64,000 bases of DNA from Porphyridium purpureum (taxonomy: Eukaryota): positions 248,001-312,000 of the forward strand of contig VRMN01000010.1 of NCBI GenBank assembly GCA_008690995.1, in the 5' to 3' direction. Below are positions 53,601 to 63,503 of this stretch, in pieces. Both the position numbers and the translations under genes were made by a program. The stretch's first letter is position 1; the number at the start of each line of letters is the position of its first letter. The notes under the pieces are model-generated. The model saw only the letters and a list, made by a program, of their open reading frames with translations, did not search any database and was not told the DNA's origin.

Positions 53601-54425
53601 GCGCTCATCGAACGCGTGCTCGGGGATCTGAAGCAAAGGGTCCATCTTGGGCTTCCGGTTCTTCCGGCGACGCGCCAGGATTTTTTCAAGCACATTGTTA
53701 AAGTCGATCGCGACAAGCGTCGATTCAGTCGGGACCACAAAGTCGTCGGTGCTGCCGCCCTTCCCTACAGACGATTGCTTTTTGACGCGTTTATCTGACG
53801 CGGTCGTTGCACCAGCCGCTCCCAGAGCCGCTTGCGCGGACGTTGTCGGAGACGCACGAGTCTGTGGGCCTCCCGACGAGCCCAGCCGTCGCAAAGGAAT
53901 GTCGCTCGCGTCCAATTCCTCTAATGACAGGTCTGACTCCTCGAGCAGGTGCCGCGACGCGTCGCTGCTCAACTCGGCCGCCTCGCCCTCATCACTCGCC
54001 GAGTGCGCTGCACGTTGGACCGATGCGCTGTCAATCTGGACGTCGTCATCCACGTTCATATTGGTGTTGCCATCGCCGTCGTCGCAGGGCGAATGAGCTC
54101 GCGACTCTTTCCGTGACACGTGCGCGGCGGCTTCGGTATCGCTCACAGAGCGCGAGTGGGCCGTAGGCGTCGCACTCGCGGCTGTACGGACTGCTGACCG
54201 GCGTGATGCTGTGTTCTCTGTCACTCGAGCGGGCGCTCGGGTTAGGTCGAAATCCGAGTCGTCCGCATGTGTCGCAGCCGCAGCCGATGCGCGCCTCGCA
54301 CGCGTGCCCGCAGCAGCGGCAGCGGGCGGCAGAGCGCCGGGCGCATTCGACGCACGGCGCGTCGCGCGCAGCCACGACCTTGTGCCCGTGCGGTCCTCCT
54401 CATCCGACGAGCCGGACGAGCCCAT
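44658..54425 (-). CDS. CHD-family chromatin remodeller (tandem chromodomains, SNF2 ATPase, helicase-C) with C-terminal FYRN/FYRC domain; 3255 aa, intronless
   Basis: [100 protein letters not shown]; late YPIGFKSSR and [12 protein letters not shown]. Confidence 0.95.
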   Translation of the reverse strand: [3255 protein letters not shown]

Positions 54426-55346
54426 CCTTCACCGGGGACCCGCTCTGCTTGTCCGACTGGAATGCACGTCGTAGTCACCAAACCACGTCAACCACGCCTT
54501 CCAACCCGGTGCCTCCGCAAGGTCCACCGCGGCTGCTCCCTCCGCTGCGCTCCCTTTTCACCGCGCCACCCGAGCCAGCTCGTGCTCGACACCCTCGCTC
54601 CGTGCCCGCGCAACCACGCCCCACCTGCGCCCTCCTCATCGACCTCGTCACATGCACACCCGTCCACCCTAGCGTGCGCGTCTCTTCTATCGCACATACA
54701 CAAGCCTATCGCAGCGACCTCGATCATGCACGCTTCCCCGTCCACATCTCCTTCCTCTCTCTCTCCTCCTCCCTCTCTCTCCTCCCCTCTCCTTCCCCTT
54801 TGCATATAACACACACATATAACACACACAAACCTCCACCGTTCCGCATATGAGCACTACCACGCATCGCTCATCCCCCACGCGTTTCTCTCTTCCTCTC
54901 GTCCTCCTCCCCTCGTCTTATGCATGCATGCAAGCAAGTATGCATGCAGGCGTGTATGTGAGTGTGTGTGTGTGTGTGCGTGTCTGTGTGCACACACACC
55001 TCCGCCAAACTCCCCCCTCTCTTTCATTCATTGCGCGCACACGCCGCATGATTATTCCACGCTTCAACAGCACCCAACAACATCAACAACACCGTTCACG
55101 CGCCCCTGATTTCAATCGTTCTTCTTCATCAATCAATCAATCACGCACGCATGCACGCACGCGTCTTGTCAGTCCGCCACACCCAACCACCACACCCACC
55201 ACTCCGAGCCACCAGCCAAGCAACACCAACAACGCCATATTAAAACAAAATTATAAAATTACGTCCGTCAGGCACACGCCGACTCACGCGCGCACGGAAC
55301 CCGGGGGGAAGGGCCAGGAGGGTTGACGCTCGCGCGCGCCGAGCGG

Positions 55347-55376
55347 CATCATCATCATCATCATCATCATCATCAT
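55347..55376. repeat. (CAT)n microsatellite
   Basis: Directly visible. Confidence 0.85.
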
Positions 55377-58134
55377 GGTCATCTCAATCACCGGCAAAGG
55401 AAAAAGTGGGATTCGCGATGGACACACTGTCCCGACGCACAGGCGACGCCACTCGGCAGAGATGAAGAAGAAGACATGCACACATGTCGCTGCACGGCAA
55501 CCGCGGCGCTGACCAGAGAGCCAAGGACGAGCCGCTCGGCACGCAGCACAACACGCGGGGGCCAGCCGCCTCGTCGCTTGTTCGCGCGTTGAAACGCGCC
55601 TCGCAGCATAGCCGAGCGGTGTCCCATCATCGTTTCGGCCATAAAATGACGCCACTGCACCAGCATCGCTCGAAACACCCCTCCCCCCACCCCAAAAAGG
55701 GCGGAAAAGCCATAGAAAATAATAGTCCAAAAAACCCTCCTCTAATCACACCATGCGAAATCACACCGAGCCGCACCCTTTTTCTCGCGCTCTCAATAAA
55801 ACGCATTATTCTATTCATCAATCTGTCCCTCACCATTATGATCATGACCACCAATGAGTACCACACGCTGGAAGCGCATACAGCACATGACGCCTGTTGA
55901 TCGTCGATCACATTCCACACTTACTAGTACTCGTAACAGTAATAGTAGTTGTCGTAGGAATCGTGGGAATAGCTATAAAAGTGTCCTTTTGCGCTATTCA
56001 TGCTTGTGGTACAATCGGAAGAAGCGCGCGACTCGAGAGATCCGCAAATCTGGTATGGAGAATGCGATGTTGCGGTTGCATGTTTGTGGGGCGTGATCTG
56101 ATTGGTGTGTTCTACCACAACAAGGCGGTCGCGCGCGATGAGGATTCAGCGCGAGCGCGGTTATCATCACGTGCATTTAATTTACCAGATCGGCTGTGTG
56201 GTGGTGGTGGTGGTGGACGTGCTCGCTCATTCTCGCTCTTTTCCAGAGTGATTTCCTTATTTGTGAGGCATCTCCAGTGCGATCTTAAAAATAGCGCGGG
56301 GTGAAAGCGGAATTTCCTGGGGCGGGGGCGTGCGCTGGCGGTGGCGTTGAGCGCGCGGCTCAAGATTCTGAGAACGCGCCGCAACAGTGGCGCGTACGGA
56401 TTTTCACACATTAAACCGAAAACGCCGAAAGAAAAAAGGAGGGGGGGGAATGACGCCGCACGCGCTGGAAGCAGGACAAGCCACCGCGATCCCGATCACC
56501 CAGCCAAGGAGGTACACGACGGCTCTGCCAATGCGGATTTTAGAGGTGGCGTGGCGGGTGTTCTGTTTGGACGGATGGAGGTTCTGTGGCAGGGTGTGAC
56601 GGCGTACAGTTGTGCTCTAGGGTTACGTGTGCTTGTACAATTGGGGAGCGGGAACATCCGGCACGGAGGAGAAGCAGCAGGCGGAGAGATACTGCGGAGG
56701 GGGGGAGGGGGGGGGGGGGGGAGAGGCGAGGACACGTCCATGTGAGGTTTTGCTGGACGAGACCGCGCGACCAGGTGGTGGTACGGCTCGCAGTGCTCTG
56801 GCGTTCGGCCGTGATAACCACGACGTTGTGCTCAAGGAAAGATGGACGTGGGCGAGCGCCGCAGGACGGGGCTTGCGGAACAATCCAGGTGGATGTGTCG
56901 AGCACGGACGGAGCGCTGCTGCGGTGAATGATCGGCGCGCGGGCTTGAACTTTGGTTTCTGATCGAGCGGGCGGCGGAGCTGCTTTTTGCGCAACGGCAT
57001 GATATGCCTGGGAGTCTATTTTATGCCGGTCGGAAGGAAACGCAAGTATATGCGACAGTGACCGCGCTTTGCAGAACGATAAAATTGTGTCACGCAATGT
57101 CTCGAAGCACGCATGGCGGCGAGCGAGTCAGGCCGGCAGACAAGGATGCCGTGTTCTGGGGCTGGATCATGTCGCGCCGTGGCGGTTCCGGACTCGGACA
57201 TTGCACTAGTAGTCGCAACGTTTTCTTGTTGATCTGTTTGTTCGTTGTCCAACTAGTTCAAGTTGATCTCAGTCAGTCACACAGAGGATAAAGCTCTGCA
57301 AAGCGTCATCGACGCCGACTCGACTGAAGCGAGCTGATCTCGGAGCGCCCCGGCGCTCGGGTCCGAAAGTTTGGCATCGGTCGGAACATCGCACCTGCTT
57401 CGGCTTGATGAAAGTGCTGTCTTGTACACGCTGGAAAGGCGCTATGATTAGTTGGTCACGAGAGCGGAAAGACAGACATGCGACGGATTTGGAAGCTGCG
57501 CAAATAGAAGGGCTGCCACCGGAAGTGCGGCGCGGTAAAGATGGCGTGTTTTCGAAACGAAAAGCTGTCCAATATTTTAAGACAGTCGTACGAGGATCGA
57601 CCGAGTGATGCAGGACGATGGCAAAGCTAGCAGCGACCGAGTTCGGTGGTCCGTGCCGTCCTCACGAAAGGAGCCAGCGCCTATTGCGGCGCAAAGCAAT
57701 GTGCTAGCTCAAGTGTTTGCCAGCGCAGCAAGCGCGTTTCTAGCTATAGAAAAGGTCGGAATTCAAGCTGCGCCCGCAGCGCAAGGAAGTGCAATTGATA
57801 AGCGACCAGATTTAAATCAGCGTTCATGCCGTCGATCACAGAGTCGAGCCAAGCCGTCTCTGCAAAGACAGAGATTCATCATGGGGCTGTGCTCACGGCG
57901 GCGATCGAACGCTTGTTGGCTTTTCAAAGATTTTGCACATAGGCGAGGGTCCAAAGTCCATTCGTTGATTTTAAGAGCTTGGAGCACGACGCGGTCATGT
58001 GCCCCTCAATAACATTAAGCTTTGTGCACGCGACGTCCGTGTTAGTGCGTATGTCTCAAAGGAACGCTCGGCGCTTCTTGTTTGATTCATACGTGTGAGC
58101 TTGTTGGAGCGGCCAGCACACCTGCCACAGCGGA

Positions 58135-59652
58135 TCATGTGGACTGGATTTGGAGCGTGGCAGAGGGCACGTCGGTGGGTGCGGTGCGGGGGCGCTTGGA
58201 AGAGGATGATGGAGGTTGGGCAGACATGTTGCTGCGCTCAGCGCCGGCGAGCTGCCGTTGAACAAGCATCTCATCGTAAGATGCACAGCGCACGCGCTCG
58301 TCAATCTCCGCGAGCGCGGCGTGGAGCGCGTCCGTGGCATTCAGTTTGTCCTTAATGGCCGAGTCGACGGTGCGGCGAAAGATTCGCCCGCGCGGCGCGC
58401 CGTGGAAAATGTCGAGCACCGGGCCGAGAACGTGGTGGAGACTGGCCGTCGGTTCCGTGTCCATCACGCGCTGCGCGTACCGGCCGTACTCCAGCACCAC
58501 CTGCTCGCGCGTCTGCAGGTGCGTGCCGCTCGCCTCATCGCCGTACAGACGCTTGTCTACCTGCGACAGTATTCCCCACGGGTCGTTCTGCACCGCACGC
58601 CCCAGCATCACGCCGTGAAAGCGGCCGCCACTTGCCGCCGAGCCGGCTTCTGTGCTAGTTTGTGATTCAGCCCGCTGCCGCTCCTTTTCCAGCACCTCGC
58701 AAGCGTCGTCAATGCTCTTGATTCCGCCATTCAGCACAAACGTGCAGTCCGGAAACTCGTCGGCTAGGCGACTCACATACTCATACTTGAGCGGCGGGAT
58801 GTTGCGATTCTGCGCGGGCGACAGCCCGTTGAGCCACGCGGCGCGCGCGTGAATGGCGAACACGCGCACGCCGCCCTGTTCATGCACCACGCGCACAAAG
58901 TCGCGCACAAAATCGTACGTCTCGTCCGCGCGGTCCACGCCGATTCGGCACTTGACTGTGACGGGCACGGTGTGCTCTGTGGCCTCGGCCATGCGACGGC
59001 AGCAGCGCGCCACATTCTGCGCGTCCAGCATGAGCGACGCGCCAAAGCAGCCCTTGCCGGCGACGCGCGGGCTCGGACAGCCGCAGTTGAGGTTGATGGC
59101 GTCGTATCGGAACGCCGCAGCAAGCCGCGCTGCCTCTGCAAGTTTGTCTGGGTCAGCGCCGCCCAACTGGAGCACAATGGGATGCTGCACGGCGTCGTGC
59201 GCCAGCCAGCGCTCCATCATCACGGGCTTGTCTTGATTGTAAATGAGCGTATTGTCGACGATCATTTCTGTATACAGCACTGCGCGCTTGCTGAGAATGC
59301 GGCACAGCGCGCGAAAGTGGTGGTTTGTGACGTCGAGCATGGGCGCGACGGCGAATCGCTCGTCGGGACCGGCGAGCGCGCCGTGCGTTGTCGCCGACGC
59401 GGCGCTCCATGGCCGGCGGCACGGATGCGAACAACCGAGCCGCTGGCGCACGACGCGTGGCGACTGCGGCGCGCACGCCAAGCAAGCCCGCCTTGCGCGG
59501 CGGCCGAGCGCGATCCCACGACCACGCGACGGAGGTCGGCGCTTGTCGCGCGCGAGCTGCGAGGCCGCAACCAGCACCCACGCACAGCCGCTGCTCCAGC
59601 CACTGACACCACACACACGACACGCACACGCGGGCTCACGTCGACTCAACAT
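58135..59652 (-). CDS. dusA: tRNA-dihydrouridine synthase, DusA type, probably organelle-targeted
   Basis: VAPMLDVT..HFR, LYTEM, LQLGG, INLNCGCPS.RV, FGASLM, VKCRIGVD, HARAAWLNGLSPAQNRNIPPLKY, NGGI, GVMLGRA; long Arg-rich N-terminal extension (start uncertain). Confidence 0.9.
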   Translation of the reverse strand: MLSRREPACACRVCGVSGWSSGCAWVLVAASQLARDKRRPPSRGRGIALGRRARRACLACAPQSPRVVRQRLGCSHPCRRPWSAASATTHGALAGPDERFAVAPMLDVTNHHFRALCRILSKRAVLYTEMIVDNTLIYNQDKPVMMERWLAHDAVQHPIVLQLGGADPDKLAEAARLAAAFRYDAINLNCGCPSPRVAGKGCFGASLMLDAQNVARCCRRMAEATEHTVPVTVKCRIGVDRADETYDFVRDFVRVVHEQGGVRVFAIHARAAWLNGLSPAQNRNIPPLKYEYVSRLADEFPDCTFVLNGGIKSIDDACEVLEKERQRAESQTSTEAGSAASGGRFHGVMLGRAVQNDPWGILSQVDKRLYGDEASGTHLQTREQVVLEYGRYAQRVMDTEPTASLHHVLGPVLDIFHGAPRGRIFRRTVDSAIKDKLNATDALHAALAEIDERVRCASYDEMLVQRQLAGAERSNMSAQPPSSSSKRPRTAPTDVPSATLQIQST

Positions 59653-59830
59653 CCAGACTGCCACACCCACACCAATCAGACCCGAACACACTCCAACGCG
59701 CTCGTCGCTCTCGCTTTCTCGGTTGCTTTGGCTCTCTCACCATCTTTTCCTCGCTCACCGCTACGGCCGCAACTCATCAACTGTACCTCCTGCGAGTACC
59801 CTAGCTCCTTTTTTATCGGTTTCGATATTT

Positions 59831-59943
59831 CGGTCTACCGGTCTAACGGTCTAACGGTCTAACGGATAACGGCAAAGGGGTAGCTAGTAAATAATGACTG
59901 GTAAGCGCAAACCGCTAACCGCTAACCGCTAACCGGTAACCGC
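59831..59943. repeat. Two short tandem arrays, (CGGTCTAA)n and (AACCGCT)n, in a divergent intergenic region
   Basis: CGGTCTAC/CGGTCTAA x4 at 59831-59862; AACCGCT x3 plus 2 variants at 59910-59943. Confidence 0.85.
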
Positions 59944-61061
59944 ATGTTGCAGCTGTGATGGTTGGGTGGTTGGTTCGTCCGATCCAGGAGTGCGTCGGTA
60001 TCTGAGCAGCCCGCGCAAGAATTGCGTCGCTGCATAGCCAATGTGGCTGTGCGTGGGGAGTGCGTGCCAGCTGGAAACGAGGTGCGTCAAGCAATGGCGG
60101 CGAACTCTCTTTCCGCGTCGCCGCCTCACAATGGCGGGTGCGAGATTGCCCAACATGTACACGTGCGTCCATTTCCGCGCCGTCCAACCGCGTCTCCTCG
60201 CACGCTCCACGCGCGGAGCGTCCCGCCGACCACCGCACTTGCGCCGCTGTTGTCTGTGGCATACACGCGGCGCGCGAACTGTGCGGAAGATCCTTGCACG
60301 GATGCGTTCTTGTCAGAACCGTCCGCTCCCGCACAAACCAATCGCCATCCGCCCGGCATCACACCCCATCCGTACGCTCGCCACAACGTCTGTCTATTTA
60401 CGAGTGAGCAAGTTGCGGCACCTGTGTGTTTTCACGGCATCCGCCAGCACACCCACACAGATGCCCGCAGCGCGCGCGCAAACCGCGAGCGCGCCGCAGT
60501 GGGCGGCGCGGTGGCGCAGCACCCAAAGTCAAACTGCGCCGCTGCCGTGTGAGAGAGCGAGCGCGATAAACTCAAACGTTGTCCGCTAAACCGGAAGCGG
60601 CAGGCGCGTGCGTGTGACCCGAGTGGCGTAGCAAATTCGCGCCGGTTGGAGGACGCTGCAGTGGAAATGCGCGCAGGACACGTAAACCGATCAATCGAGC
60701 CCGCGCTACTAGAGAAAGAAGGAAGCAGGCGGCGAAAGCGGAAGAACGAGGAAGACGGAGAAGAAGGCAGGGGGAGAAAGGAAGCGAGAGAGAGAGAGAG
60801 AGAGAGGGAGAGAGAGGGAGAAGGACGGAAGAGTGTAGCGGTGAGGGCGTCAAGGAGGATGTAGCTGGTGGAGAAGCGAGTGGGACAGGTGGGTGGGTTG
60901 ACTGGTTGATTACTTGGCTGGTGGGTGGATAGGTGTGGGGGGGAGGTATGGATGGGAGTGGGGATGTTTGGGTTTGGGGAAGAACGGAGATAGGGGAGGG
61001 AGGGGAGGGGAGGGAGGTCGGTGCGAGGAAGCGGCGGAGTGAGCGGGTGGAGTGGGGCGGA

Positions 61062-63503
61062 ATGAATGTGTCGGCGGATGCGGCGGCGGTAGGCGCAGGA
61101 AGGGCGGGGGGCCTGCGGCCGACACGGGGGTTGGGCGAGGGGCCGATGTGGGTGGAGGACGGCGAGAGAGCCGCCGCGCGGCACACGGGCGGGCGCGCGG
61201 CAGACGCACAGGCCAGTGTGCCGTGGCAGCAGCAGCAGCAGCTGCTGCAGCATTTGCTGTTTCCGCCGCAGAGTCAGCAGCAGCAACAGCAGCAGCAGCA
61301 TGCGCAAAATCAGAGCCACGGCCATTTCTTGCAAGCGATGACGCCGCCAACACCGCCCCATCCGCCACCCGTGCAGCGGGATCGAGAACAAGCGCATGCG
61401 TTCCAGACACACACGCCGTTTGACTTTCAGCATCAGCCGCTGATGAATCACCTGGGGAGATCGTTGCCGCCGCTCGCGCAGCCGCAGTGGCGACAAGCTT
61501 TCCCGCACGGCGCTCATCACGACGGCGGTCATGCAGGGTTTGGCGTGCCATCACAGCCGCAGAAATACAGCTCGCATCACGAGTATGTTCGCGGACAGGA
61601 GCAGCAGCATCACCATGAGCTCCCAACCGAACAGCAAAGGCATCAACCCCCAACGCATCTGCTTGGACAACAGCATCCACACAGGATAAATCAGTATCAA
61701 CCTCACCAGCAGAAACAAATACACCATCTGCCACGACAAGAGGAACAGAAGCACTTGCAGCAGCAAGAAGAACTGGAACAGCTGGAACAGCAACTGCAAT
61801 CACATCAACAACTGCAGCAGCAACAAAAGCAGCAGCAACAAAAGCAGCAGCAACAAAAGCAACAGCAGTAAAAGCAACAGCAAAAGCAACAGCAGCAAAA
61901 GCAACAGCAGCATCACCAGCCACAGGCAAAGCAACAACAGCCACAGGCAAAGCAACAACAGCCACAGGCAAAGCAACAACAGCAGCGACAACAACAGCAG
62001 CGACAACAACAACAAGACCATCATCAGCACCAAAATCAAGCGGAACAAGGATGGCATCAGCGCTGGCAACAAGAGATAGAGCAGCGGAACAGGCAGAACG
62101 TGATGACCGACCCAGGAAACTTGGATACCCTTTTACCTGCATGGATCATGAGCGAGTCTGCGCGAGATCATCCTCTTCCCGCCCGGGGTCCGTTGGATCC
62201 GCAAGCACAGAACGGAACATTACCGTTTGCGCAGTTGAGTGACCATGCCAAGAAGCCAAAATTGCAGAACCCGCCCAAAAAAGTCAAAAAGAGCAGTCGG
62301 CCAGGCGCTAGAATATCGGAAGATAATGATCCCGCACGTTCAGTGCTTGGAATACCCGGTGAAGGTGCGGCCAGGCTTCACGCCGATGCTTCCACTTCAG
62401 CGCGCGATCAAAAGAGCATGGATAAGCAGCGGCAAAGGATCTCTAGTCATGTGCCAGGTCGTAAACTGTGCCCGGCGTGTACTGAGATATGTCCATCGGC
62501 AGTGCGAACGTGCTCTAAATGCGCATACGAATTCCGGCCGCGCACCATAAAGAACGCACGAGCGCGATTGGGTAAGCGTGGGAAAAAGTTCTGTCCAAGC
62601 TGTGGTGCAGAAAATGCCGCAGCTTCCTCGCTCTGCAAGGCCTGTGCACATGTCTTTCGAGTCAAGTTGGACGTAAGATCTGCAAAGGCAGCCAAATCCG
62701 GGGCGAATGTAGCGGCAAGCAAGCCCGGGCTCAATGTCACGGCCTCAGCCGGTTCCAGTGCCGTCAATCACGACGAGGCGAATTCTCATAACCTCGAGGC
62801 CGTTCTGTCGGAGCCGGAGCTTCACTTTGCGGCGATGCGACCCGAGTCGACCGGCCCGATCCATCTACCGACAATGGAAAAGTCAAAGCTGGTAGAAGAG
62901 AAGACCAAGCGAAAAAAGTCGCCAGAAAAGGCGAAACCCCCTCTCAAGAAAGCTCGGCATCCACAGCTGCAGAAACGCAAGGACGCTGAGGTGATCGAAC
63001 GGACGTTTGCGATGACTGCCGGCGGCAAAGTGGAAAATACGGGTCCGAGCGCTGATGAGAGGCATCTACCCGAGTGTGAAGGTGCGAGTGTTGTGAGCAA
63101 CGCACTGCCGTATGTGTCAGAGCCTTTGTTCTTCCCTGAGCATTCGAAAAGGAGTAGTGTCAACACCAGTCCTCCTCATCTGCCCAATGGTATAGGTTTT
63201 GGCATTCCGTCCATTTCTGGAGAGCTTCTGAACGGCAGGGATACACTTTCGATCCTGCGCGATGCCCCCTTTGGAAGGCCTTGGGCGAATGGCGGACCAG
63301 GTGCGAGCCTCGACTTTGGGTTTGCGCAGCTGCCGTCGCAAAACGGACAACCCCATGTTGCGCCAAACTCAAATGCTGACGTCGGTGCTGGTCGTCTTGG
63401 GGCGGCGCCCTATTACCTTCCGCCCATCACAACGATGGGATCTGGGTATAGCGAAGCAAGCGGAAGCGACAAAGACGACGAACGGAACGAGAGGATTGCA
63501 TAG
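61062..63503 (+). CDS. Gln-rich protein with two double zinc-ribbon (UPF0547-like) modules; one in-frame TAA at 61869-61871
   Basis: ORFs 60933-61871 and 62100-63503 share a frame and are separated only by one TAA inside a CAA/CAG/AAG repeat. Motifs KLCPAC...CPSAVRTCSKCAYEF and KFCPSCGAENAAASSLCKACAHVF. Confidence 0.7.

Noticed and set aside
59831..59943. Short repeat arrays as CRISPR or telomeric repeats
   Set aside because: No spacers or cas genes, eukaryotic context, interstitial and only a few units.
60910..62142. 410-aa Ala/Val-rich minus-strand ORF
   Set aside because: Antisense shadow of the CAG/CAA poly-Gln tract.
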